Source: Gemmatimonadales bacterium (GTDB lineage Bacteria; Gemmatimonadota; Gemmatimonadetes; Gemmatimonadales; GWC2-71-9). Taken from it: a stretch of DNA of 64,000 bases. The stretch covers positions 16,525 to 80,524 of the forward strand of contig JAXLXZ010000007.1 of assembly GCA_046327735.1 (NCBI GenBank), read 5' to 3'. Below the pieces are notes generated by a model. The model did not search any database. It saw only the letters and a list, made by a program, of their open reading frames with translations, and was not told the DNA's origin. The stretch's first letter is position 1. Each line of letters begins with the position of its first letter. Of the stretch, positions 48,989-56,742 are shown one piece after another. The translations under genes were made by a program, and so were the position numbers.

Positions 48989-49016
48989 ACCCTCTAATCC
49001 GTCCCCAGATCCTGTT
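48932..49016. repeat. Family B heptamer hairpin overlapping the cusA 3' end
   Basis: The ACAGGATTCCAGGATTC...CTGGGGATT... left arm faces CCCTCTAATCCGTCCCCAGATCCTGT (48991-49016). Confidence 0.65.
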
Positions 49017-49956
49017 ACCAGCGGGCGGGAGTGCCCCTGACGTCGACGTGCACGAACGGCCCATGCACGGCGTTCGCGCGATAGACGCCGATCCCGCCGG
49101 TCATGGCGGGGTATTCGGATTCGACCTGCTCAGCCACGCGGGCGAGCCAGCCGGCATCCTTGATCGTCACGCGGCCATCGCCATCGAGGTCGTCCATGCG
49201 GCCGTCGCCGTCGGCATCGACGAAGATGTCGGCGGCGTCGCCGTACATGTGGCGGCTGTCGCGGGCGCGGCCACCACGCGGCCCGACACCGAGGGCGTTG
49301 TACTGCGGGGTGCGGAAGCCGGACATCACGTGGACGGCGTCGGAACGCCCCCGGAGGACCAGGGCCTGGCGGATCAGCTCGAGCTTGTCGAGCAGCGGGA
49401 GGCGGAGCACCAGGACCTTGGGCCAGGTGTCCTGCTGGTCGTGGGTCAGGAAGTCGCGGAGCCTGAAGTGCTCGGAGATCGGGAGATCGGCGTTCTCGGG
49501 GGTGACCTCGATGAAGCCGTCGGGCAGCAGGTAGCGGGCGGAGCGGCCGGCGGGACGCTCGCCGGGCCAGTAGCCGATCCGGTACCCGCGCCAGGTGGGG
49601 CCGGCCTTCCGGCTCAGCGGCACCAGCGAGATCAGGTGAATCGGCTCGCCATCGGGCGCTTCGAGACCGGTCTCACGCACGCCGGGCGAGGTGGGGGCGA
49701 GCGCCGGCACCAGTGCCGCGATGGGCGACTCGGCTTCCTTCCCGTGCGGCACCGAGATGGCGCGCAGCCGTCCGCTCAGGCCGAGGAGCGACTTCACCGG
49801 GGAGACGAGCGAATCGAAGCGGGGCACGGAGTCGCGCGCGACCAGCCGCGGCGCCACCGGCTCGGCCATCGCGAGCACGCTCACGAGACCGGTGGTGACG
49901 ACCGCGGCGACCGCGGTGCCGGCTGCGATTTTCCTCAGCATCTTCCCGAACTGCAT
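49015..49956 (-). CDS. Peptidase M15A family protein (YcbK/MepK-like, DUF882)
   Basis: VMSGFRTPQYN...SRHMYGDAADI...HVDVRG zinc-ligand pattern. N-terminal signal or anchor. Confidence 0.8.
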   Translation of the reverse strand: MQFGKMLRKIAAGTAVAAVVTTGLVSVLAMAEPVAPRLVARDSVPRFDSLVSPVKSLLGLSGRLRAISVPHGKEAESPIAALVPALAPTSPGVRETGLEAPDGEPIHLISLVPLSRKAGPTWRGYRIGYWPGERPAGRSARYLLPDGFIEVTPENADLPISEHFRLRDFLTHDQQDTWPKVLVLRLPLLDKLELIRQALVLRGRSDAVHVMSGFRTPQYNALGVGPRGGRARDSRHMYGDAADIFVDADGDGRMDDLDGDGRVTIKDAGWLARVAEQVESEYPAMTGGIGVYRANAVHGPFVHVDVRGTPARW

Positions 49957-50016
49957 ATCGCTCTCCTGACTCCAGCCTGCTGCAGGGCCGGGGAAGCTAA
50001 TCCATGGCGACCGATC

Positions 50017-50130
50017 CTGTCATCCCCGAGCAGCGCGACAAGGTCTGTCATTCCGAGCCGCGGAGCGGCGAGGAATCCCTGATTCTCTTCAAGAAAGAGC
50101 AGGGATCCCTCGCTGCGCTCGGGATGACAG
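50017..50130. repeat. REP family A hairpin (plus a partial extra left arm)
   Basis: Partial arm 50017-50044. Left arm CTGTCATTCCGAGCCGCGGAGCGGCGAGGAATCCCTG at 50045-50081. Loop 50082-50099. Right arm CAGGGATCCCTCGCTGCGCTCGGGATGACAG at 50100-50130. Confidence 0.85.
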
Positions 50131-50164
50131 AATTTCCCTGCTCCGCTACCGTGCGGCTCGAACC

Positions 50165-51811
50165 TCAGCGCCGGTACGGGTACCCCTTCTTCAAGAGCTG
50201 GTTCAGCCGCCGGTCGTGGCCGTAGATGTCACTGTATAGAAGCACGTCACCATTTTCCCTTGCGATGGCCGTGCCATAGACGATGAAGACCGGGATGGGG
50301 TGGGAGAGGTCTACCCGGATCGGGGTCTCCCCTTTCATGGCCTCCCGGATCCGGTCGTCGGTCCACTCGGGCTGGTCGCGCAAGACGAAGCGGGCCAAGG
50401 CGAAAGGGTCCCCCAGCCGGATGCAGCCGTGACTTGCGTCACGCTTGCTCCGCTCGAAGAGGGAGCGGGAGGGGGTATCGTGAAGGTAGACCTGGTAATC
50501 GTTCGGGAGCAGGAACTTCACCCCGCCCAGTGCATTGTGCGCCCCCGGGGTCTGCCGGACCCGGACGCCGTTGCCGATGGCGGCGATGTTCTCCGGGGTG
50601 CCGGGCACGACGTCGTTCCCGCGGATCAGCTCCATGTGGTTCTTCACGAGCCAGGCGGGGTTCTTCGTGGCGGCGGGCTTCACCTCGTCGGCGGCGATGG
50701 TCGGGGTGACTTCCCAGTGGGGCGCGAAGATCAGGTAGGTCATGTCCGCGGCGAAGACCGGGGTCTCGGTCTTGAAGGCGGTCCCGACCACCACGTTCAT
50801 GCGGAGCAGGCTCGACTCGTCGCTCTGGTCCCCGCTGAAGGCGTAGAGCCGGAAGGCGGGAATGTTCACGAAGATGGGCGGCGCGGAGAACTTCCGCGGC
50901 ATCCAGCGGAAGCGCTCGAGGGTCAGCTCCATCTGCCGGATGGCGCCCTCGAAGGGATGCTGCATGCGGGCACGGGTCGAGTCGCCGATCACGCCATCGG
51001 GGGTGAACCCCTGGCGCGCCTGGAAACGCTTGACGGCATCGACGAGCGTCCCGGCATAGGCCGTGTCGCCGGCCTGGGTCACCACCGAGTCGCGGTCGTC
51101 GCCCAGGAGCCGGAGGAGGCGGCGGAGTGCCGGTACCCCCTCGTACCGGTCGCCCGGCCGGAGCCGGCGCGGCATCGGGGGGAGCTGGACCAGGAGCGAG
51201 TCTTTCGCGAGCTCTCGATAGCGGACCAGTGCGCCGATCAGCAGGTAGTAATGCAGCAGCGACGGCTCGAGGGGCGAGAGCACGTTGTTGGGCTGCGCCG
51301 CGGTGCTGAGGCGGACGAGGGTGCTGTCGACGGTAAAGCTGTCGACCGGGAGCTTGAAGGTCGCGTGGACCGCGGCGGGATTCACCCGGCCCTTCCGGAG
51401 GGCATAGGCGAAGCGGCTGGCGGCGACCGAGAGGCCGACCTCGAGCCGGGCCACGCGGCTCGAGTCGCCGCTCAGGATCGGGCGGTCGGCCTCGGCCCGG
51501 AACCAGCCGGCATCGTAGTCGCGGGGGTCGAGGCCCCGGTTCGCGGCCTCGCCAAGGACCCGGATGAGGGCGCGCGCCGGGGCGGTGAGGGTGTCGTCGG
51601 AAAACCAGAGGGGCCGCCACCCGCGCGCGGCGTAGACCCGTTCGAGATCGGGCTGGACGTCGGTGAAGACCGGCCAGCGCAGTCCGGGGAGCCGCCCGGC
51701 CGCGACCAGGGTCTCGACCTGCTGCTCGACCGGGGTGGCCTGCGGGAGAAGCGGGTGCGTCGCCGGGAGCAGGGCCCCGGCGAGGGCAAGGACCGCGAGT
51801 GATCGGTGCAT
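50165..51811 (-). CDS. L,D-transpeptidase, YcbB/LdtD-like (PG-binding domain plus YkuD domain)
   Basis: PG-binding motif (AVKRFQARQGFTPDGVIG). Catalytic SHGCIRLGDPFALA. Confidence 0.85.
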   Translation of the reverse strand: MHRSLAVLALAGALLPATHPLLPQATPVEQQVETLVAAGRLPGLRWPVFTDVQPDLERVYAARGWRPLWFSDDTLTAPARALIRVLGEAANRGLDPRDYDAGWFRAEADRPILSGDSSRVARLEVGLSVAASRFAYALRKGRVNPAAVHATFKLPVDSFTVDSTLVRLSTAAQPNNVLSPLEPSLLHYYLLIGALVRYRELAKDSLLVQLPPMPRRLRPGDRYEGVPALRRLLRLLGDDRDSVVTQAGDTAYAGTLVDAVKRFQARQGFTPDGVIGDSTRARMQHPFEGAIRQMELTLERFRWMPRKFSAPPIFVNIPAFRLYAFSGDQSDESSLLRMNVVVGTAFKTETPVFAADMTYLIFAPHWEVTPTIAADEVKPAATKNPAWLVKNHMELIRGNDVVPGTPENIAAIGNGVRVRQTPGAHNALGGVKFLLPNDYQVYLHDTPSRSLFERSKRDASHGCIRLGDPFALARFVLRDQPEWTDDRIREAMKGETPIRVDLSHPIPVFIVYGTAIARENGDVLLYSDIYGHDRRLNQLLKKGYPYRR

Positions 51812-51813
51812 TG

Positions 51814-52111
51814 CCCGGAACTTAGCTCGGGGTTGCGGGACTTGCTAAGGTTCATGCCTGAGGCGGCAGATTTCAGGTCGCTGAGTTTGTCTCGTGGCTG
51901 AGCTGGGCAAACCGACAAACACAGATGTTCACAGATGGGACCGGATGTGTTCCTTGCGCGCGAACAGCTCCGTCGTGTCAGGTCGCTGAGATCGAGCGTG
52001 CTGCCAATTGCAAGTCAAACCGACCAGCGCAGCGAGCCAGCGCCGGATCTGTGCGGCACATGGATGGGATCCGGTCCCATCTGCAGTTATCTGTGTTAGT
52101 CAGTTGACCAA
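51814..52111. repeat. Copy 1 of tandem ~300-bp structured low-GC module (candidate ncRNA or MITE-like element)
   Basis: Near-identical to 52112-52411. Bipartite inverted repeat 51914-51947 / 52068-52101. Confidence 0.9.
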
Positions 52112-52411
52112 GCCCGTGACTTAGCTCGGGGTTGCGGAGACTTGCTAAGGTTCATGCCTGAGGCGGCAGATTTCAGGTCGCTGAGTTTGTCTCGTGGCTG
52201 AGCTGGGCAAACCGACTAACACAGATGTTCACAGATGGGACCGGATGTGTTCCTTGTGCGCGAACAGCTCCGTCGTGTCAGGTCGCTGAGATCAAGCACT
52301 TTGTTACCAACAAATCGAACCAACCAGCTCAGCGAGCCAGCGCCGGATCTGTGCGGTTCATGGATGGCATCCGGTCCCATCTGCAGTTATCTGTGTTAGT
52401 CAGTTGACCAA
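52112..52411. repeat. Copy 2 of tandem ~300-bp structured low-GC module
   Basis: Bipartite inverted repeat 52214-52247 / 52368-52401 (13 + 16 bp perfect, with a 5x5 bubble). Confidence 0.9.
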
Positions 52412-52429
52412 CCGGAGCGAGAGACAGAC

Positions 52430-53578
52430 TTGAGCCGCGACGAACCGTTGACCCCCGACGAGCTGGCAAGGTACAGCCGGCACCTGATCCTTCCCGATGT
52501 CGGGATGGAGGGGCAGCTGCGTCTCAAGGAATCGAGTGTGCTGCTGGTGGGCGCGGGGGGACTCGGGTCGCCGCTCGGGCTGTATCTCGCGGCTGCGGGC
52601 GTCGGGCGGATCGGGATCGTGGACTTCGACCGGGTGGATGCGTCGAACCTGCAGCGGCAGGTCATCCACCGTACCGCCGACATCGGCCGCCCCAAGCTCG
52701 ACTCCGCCCGCGACGCGATCGCCGCGCTCAACCCGCACGTGCGGGTCGAGCCCCACCCGGTGCGGCTCACCTCGGCGAACGCCCTCGAGATCGCGCGCGG
52801 CTACGACGTGGTGATCGACGGCAGCGACAACTTCCCCACCCGCTACCTGATCAACGACACCTGCGTGCTGCTGGGGAAGCCCTACGTCTATGGGAGCGTA
52901 TTCCGCTTCGAGGGCCAGGTCGCGATCCTCGCCACGAAGGATGGCCCCTGCTACCGTTGTCTCTTCCGGGAACCGCCGCCGCCCGGCATGGTGCCCGGCT
53001 GCGCCGAGGGCGGGGTGCTGGGCGTGCTGCCGGGACTGGTGGGGATCATCCAGGCAACCGAGGCGATCAAGCTCCTGCTGGGGATCGGGGAGACCCTCGC
53101 CGGCCGGCTGCTCCTGGTCGATGCGCTCACGATGCGGTTCAGGACCCTCACCCTCTCGCGCGACCCCGAGTGCCCCGCCTGCGGAACCCGGACCCTGACG
53201 GAACTCATCGATTACGAACGTTTCTGCGGACTCACCCCGGAGCCAACCAGCATGACTGACGGAGCAGACCTGACCCCGCCCGAACTGGCCGAGAAGCTGA
53301 AGCGCGGAGACGACTTCGACCTGATCGATGTGCGGGAGATGCACGAGTGGAACATGGGCCATATCGAAGGGGCCCGGCACATCCCGCTGGGAAGCCTGGC
53401 GCAGGCGACGGCGGAGCTGGACCCGTCCCGGGAAATCGTGGTCTACTGCAAGAGCGGCGGGCGGAGCGGGCGGGCCAAGGCCCACCTGGTGGCGAGCGGG
53501 TTCGGGCGGGTGCGGAACCTCCTGGGGGGGGTGCTTCGGTGGAGTGACGAGGTGGATCCGCGAATGCCGAAGTACTGA
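52430..53578 (+). CDS. moeB: Molybdopterin-synthase / sulfur-carrier adenylyltransferase with C-terminal rhodanese domain (MoeB/MoeZ-type)
   Basis: YSRHLILPDVG, GAGGLGSP, CxxC pairs (CYRC, CPAC). Rhodanese CKSGGRS active-site loop. Confidence 0.9.
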   Translation: MSRDEPLTPDELARYSRHLILPDVGMEGQLRLKESSVLLVGAGGLGSPLGLYLAAAGVGRIGIVDFDRVDASNLQRQVIHRTADIGRPKLDSARDAIAALNPHVRVEPHPVRLTSANALEIARGYDVVIDGSDNFPTRYLINDTCVLLGKPYVYGSVFRFEGQVAILATKDGPCYRCLFREPPPPGMVPGCAEGGVLGVLPGLVGIIQATEAIKLLLGIGETLAGRLLLVDALTMRFRTLTLSRDPECPACGTRTLTELIDYERFCGLTPEPTSMTDGADLTPPELAEKLKRGDDFDLIDVREMHEWNMGHIEGARHIPLGSLAQATAELDPSREIVVYCKSGGRSGRAKAHLVASGFGRVRNLLGGVLRWSDEVDPRMPKY

Positions 53579-53624
53579 GGGCGGCAACAAAGCGGCAAAG
53601 CGGCACTACGACATTCGGGGTTCG

Positions 53625-53654
53625 GGGGGCGGCCAGGGTGGCCGCCCCCTTTTT
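53625..53654 (+). terminator. Intrinsic terminator after moeB
   Basis: GGGGGCGGCC-agggt-GGCCGCCCCC followed by TTTTT. Confidence 0.85.
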
Positions 53655-53675
53655 CTTGTGTCAATCGACCGCCAA

Positions 53676-53802
53676 TGTGTTGCAGGAACTCAACACATAG
53701 TGACGCTATAGCCGACCACTTGAGCATAAAAGCAGCGTTTTTTCGCAAAACTGAACACAAAACTGTGCATGAAATGCAGATTTTGATGTGCACTACTATT
53801 GC
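53676..53802 (+). promoter_or_regulatory. Low-GC regulatory region upstream of amt-glnK
   Basis: Palindromes TGTGTTG-N8-CAACACA (53676-53697) and TGCAT-GAA-ATGCA (53766-53778). Imperfect -24/-12-like GTGCAC-N5-TTGC (53788-53802). Confidence 0.3.
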
Positions 53803-53887
53803 GAAAGGTGGTACCGCTGGGTATCGTGTCCCCAGACAAGACTGTTCCCCCATTTGCCCGAACACCGCCACGGAGGAGCCAGCCCCC

Positions 53888-55207
53888 ATGACGATGTCCC
53901 TGTTGTTCGCCGTTCAGGACGCCACCCCCGCCATCGTACCGGCGGACACCGCGTGGATGCTCGTCTCCACCGCGCTCGTCCTCCTGATGACCCCCGCCCT
54001 CGCCTTCTTCTACGGCGGCCTGGTCCGCTCGAAGAACTCGCTCAACACCATGATGATGAGCTTCGTGGCGCTGGGGGCGGTGGGGATCCTCTGGGCGGTG
54101 GTCGCCTACAGCCTCGCCTTCGCGGATGGCAGCCCCTGGCTCGGCGGACTCGGCAACGCGCTCCTCACCGGCGTCGGCACCGAGGCGAAGGGCACCATCC
54201 CGCACATCCTCTTCATGGCCTACCAGGGCACCTTCGCGATCATCACCGCGGCGCTGATCTCGGGCGCCATCGTCGAGCGGATGCGCTTCGGCCCCTACGT
54301 CGCCTTCATCGTGCTCTGGACCCTGCTGGTCTACGCCCCGGTGGCGCACTGGGTCTGGGGTGGCGGCTTCCTCGGCAAGCTGGGCGTGCTCGACTTCGCC
54401 GGCGGCACCGTGGTGCACATCAACGCCGGCATCTCGGCGCTGGTGGCGGCGCTGGTCCTCGGCAGCCGCAAGGACTATCACCGGCAGGCGATCCTACCCC
54501 ACAACGTCCCCTTCGTGCTGCTGGGTGCCGGGCTCCTCTGGTTCGGCTGGTTCGGGTTCAACGGCGGCTCGGCCCTCGCGGCCAACGGCTCGGCGGCGAC
54601 GGCCTTCGTCAACACCTTCCTGGCCCCGATGGCCACGCTGGTGGTCTGGGCCCTGCTCGACGGGTTCCGCAACGGCCACGTGACGGCCGTGGGTGGCGCG
54701 ACCGGCATCGTGGTGGGCCTGGTGGCGATCACCCCGGCGGCCGGCTTCGTCAGCCCGCTCGGCGCGATCGCGATCGGCGCCATCGCCACCTTCCCGAGCT
54801 ACTTCATGATCCTCTTCCGGGCGCGCACCCGGGTGGACGATTCGCTCGACGTGTTCGCCGGCCACGGCATCGGCGGGATCACCGGCGCGCTCCTGACCGG
54901 CGTCTTCGCCGAGAAGGCGTGGGGCGGCACCGACGGCCTGCTGGCGGGGAACGCCGCGCAGTTCGGCCTGCAGGCGATGGGCGTGGCCGCCTCGCTGGTG
55001 TACGCCGGCGTGGTGACCCTGGTGATTCTCAAGGTGCTCGGGGCGGTGATGGTGCTCCGCGCCGAACCGAAGGCGGAAGGGCTGGGCATGGACGTGACCC
55101 AGCACGGCGAGGAGGCCTACACCAGCGGCGAGGGCTCGATCCTGGTGCTGCCGCCGGAGTCCTCCGCCCCCGCCCCGTCCCCCAAGCTTGCGCCCGCGTC
55201 GCGCTGA
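53888..55207 (+). CDS. amt: Ammonium transporter (Amt family)
   Basis: GGAGGAG lies upstream of the ATG. DTAWMLVSTALVLLMTPALAFFYGGLVR, DFAGGTVVHINAG, HGIGGITGALLTG. Confidence 0.95.
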   Translation: MTMSLLFAVQDATPAIVPADTAWMLVSTALVLLMTPALAFFYGGLVRSKNSLNTMMMSFVALGAVGILWAVVAYSLAFADGSPWLGGLGNALLTGVGTEAKGTIPHILFMAYQGTFAIITAALISGAIVERMRFGPYVAFIVLWTLLVYAPVAHWVWGGGFLGKLGVLDFAGGTVVHINAGISALVAALVLGSRKDYHRQAILPHNVPFVLLGAGLLWFGWFGFNGGSALAANGSAATAFVNTFLAPMATLVVWALLDGFRNGHVTAVGGATGIVVGLVAITPAAGFVSPLGAIAIGAIATFPSYFMILFRARTRVDDSLDVFAGHGIGGITGALLTGVFAEKAWGGTDGLLAGNAAQFGLQAMGVAASLVYAGVVTLVILKVLGAVMVLRAEPKAEGLGMDVTQHGEEAYTSGEGSILVLPPESSAPAPSPKLAPASR

Positions 55208-55224
55208 CCACGAGGAATCGACCC

Positions 55225-55587
55225 ATGAAACTGATCATCGCAGTCATCCGCCCGGACAAGCTCAACGACGTCCTCGAGGCGCTGTACCATGCGGAAGTGC
55301 GGGGCCTGACCGCCTCGCGGGTGATGGGCCACGGCGGCGAAACCGAGCGGGTGGAGACCTACCGCGGCACCACGGTGAAGATGGGGCTCCAGGAGAAGGT
55401 GCGTCTCGAGATCGGCGTGTCGGAGCCGTTCGTCGACGTGACCGTGAAGGCGATCCTGGGCGCGGCGCGCACCGGCGACGTGGGCGACGGGAAGGTCTTC
55501 GTCGTCGATGTGGAGCAGGTGCACCGGATCCGCACCGGCGAGCGGGACGAGTCGGCAGTCACGCCGGCGGTCCCGGTGGGGGCCTGA
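55225..55587 (+). CDS. glnK: Nitrogen regulatory protein P-II
   Basis: MKLIIAVIRPDKLNDVLEAL..., a T-loop with YRG, and GDGKVFV. Adjacent to amt. Confidence 0.95.
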   Translation: MKLIIAVIRPDKLNDVLEALYHAEVRGLTASRVMGHGGETERVETYRGTTVKMGLQEKVRLEIGVSEPFVDVTVKAILGAARTGDVGDGKVFVVDVEQVHRIRTGERDESAVTPAVPVGA

Positions 55588-55688
55588 GAAAACCCCACGG
55601 TTTCCCTGAGGGCAGTTTCAGGGAGTAGTCATCCCCCCGTTGCCCCCTCCGTGCTAGCGTGCGTGTGCTCGCCAGCAAGGAGGGGGCA

Positions 55689-56471
55689 ATGCTGGAAGTA
55701 CTGATCGCCTCCCGTCCGCAGCGCCAGGCCGCACCCGCGGCATACGCCGGCGCATTCCTCTTCCACGCCGTGATGCTCAGCCTCGGAATCGTGACCACGG
55801 GAGTCACGGTTCATGCGGTGTCGCGGCAAGTGGATGACACCACGCTCATCTTCCTCCCGCGACTGGACCCGGTACGCAGCAGCCAGGTGTCCCGTCCCGG
55901 CGTTCCCGGAGGCGGCGGCCCCGGATCGGGGGGCTCCGGGATCGTGATGGCGGTGGATCCCCCGGCGCTCGGGTTCCAGGTGATCGACGTGGTCAGCGCG
56001 GTCCCGACGGGACTGCCCTCGCTCAACGAGGGCGGGACCCGTTTCGACCCGCGGGACTACACCGGTCGCGGGGTGGAAGGGGGCGCAGGGTGGGGCGTGG
56101 TCGGCGGGACGGGCTCGGCGGACCAGGACCGGCCGCCCGAGGGCAACACCGGGCTGGTGTATTCGATGAGCCTGGTGGATGAGCGGTTCGTGCCGGCGGA
56201 GATGCTGGTGCAGCCGAAACTGGTCTATCCCGCGGCGCTGCAGGCGGCGGGGATCCCCGGCCGGGCGGAGCTCCAGTTCGTGATCGACACGACCGGGCTG
56301 ATCGAGGCGCCGTCGGTGACGGTCCTCACCGCCACCCACGAGGCCTTCGCGAATGCAGCCCGGGAGAGCATCGCGGAGGTGCGCTTCGCGCCGGCCCGTT
56401 ACGGTGGACGCGCGGTGCGGCAGCTGAGCCGCCTGCCCATCAAGTTCGTGCTCCACGCCGGGACCGGCTGA
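55689..56471 (+). CDS. TonB-like energy transducer (C-terminal TonB domain)
   Basis: AAGGAGG lies upstream of the ATG at 55689. N-terminal TM, Pro/Gly linker, and C-terminal PKLVYPAALQAAGIPGRAELQFVIDTTG. Confidence 0.65.
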   Translation: MLEVLIASRPQRQAAPAAYAGAFLFHAVMLSLGIVTTGVTVHAVSRQVDDTTLIFLPRLDPVRSSQVSRPGVPGGGGPGSGGSGIVMAVDPPALGFQVIDVVSAVPTGLPSLNEGGTRFDPRDYTGRGVEGGAGWGVVGGTGSADQDRPPEGNTGLVYSMSLVDERFVPAEMLVQPKLVYPAALQAAGIPGRAELQFVIDTTGLIEAPSVTVLTATHEAFANAARESIAEVRFAPARYGGRAVRQLSRLPIKFVLHAGTG

Positions 56472-56568
56472 GCGGCTGCGGGCTCGCGGGCATGGACAAA
56501 CCGGGTCGGAGATTCTAGTGTAACGAACCCGTTACGGGTGTCGTTTCCACTCCGGCCCGGAAGGTTTC

Positions 56569-56742
56569 GTGCTGCTGTCCCTCGCGTTCCTCTACATCGA
56601 TCCGGTCTCAGGCTCCATCGTCGTGCAGGCGCTGGTGGCCGGCGTCGTGGGAGGCATGGCCTTCTTCCGCCGCTCCATTGCCCGCCTCTTGCGGGGGCTG
56701 ACGGGCCGCGGCTCGGGCGACCAGGACTCCTCGAATACATGA
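56569..56742 (+). CDS. Candidate small membrane protein (57 aa)
   Basis: GTG preceded by GGAAGG. MLLSLAFLYIDPVSGSIVVQALVAGVVGGMAFF has one TM. Its stop overlaps the next ATG (ATGA). Not in the ORF track (under 60 aa). Confidence 0.4.
   Translation: MLLSLAFLYIDPVSGSIVVQALVAGVVGGMAFFRRSIARLLRGLTGRGSGDQDSSNT

Noticed and set aside
51994-52329. Diversity-generating retroelement (template/variable repeat) explanation for the hypervariable core.
   Set aside because: The substitutions involve all four bases rather than adenine-specific changes. No reverse transcriptase or target gene lies nearby.
51925-52407. Two paralogous 60-aa ORFs (51925..52107 and 52225..52407) inside the tandem units, differing mainly in residues 24-35.
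   Set aside because: Many codons end in A or T, unlike the strongly GC3-biased genes around them. There is no ribosome-binding site. The ORF boundaries coincide with the inverted-repeat arms. Most likely they are a by-product of the structured repeat. A diversified micro-protein is not strictly excluded.
51814-52430. Known riboswitch (for example the Moco motif) upstream of moeB.
   Set aside because: The unit is duplicated, about 300 nt long, and dominated by a 30-bp helix. I could not match it to any riboswitch consensus from memory. A cmsearch is needed to be certain.
53788-53802. Sigma-54 promoter for amt-glnK.
   Set aside because: The spacing and -12 TTGC fit, but the invariant -24 GG is TG. 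Kept only as a low-confidence regulatory note.
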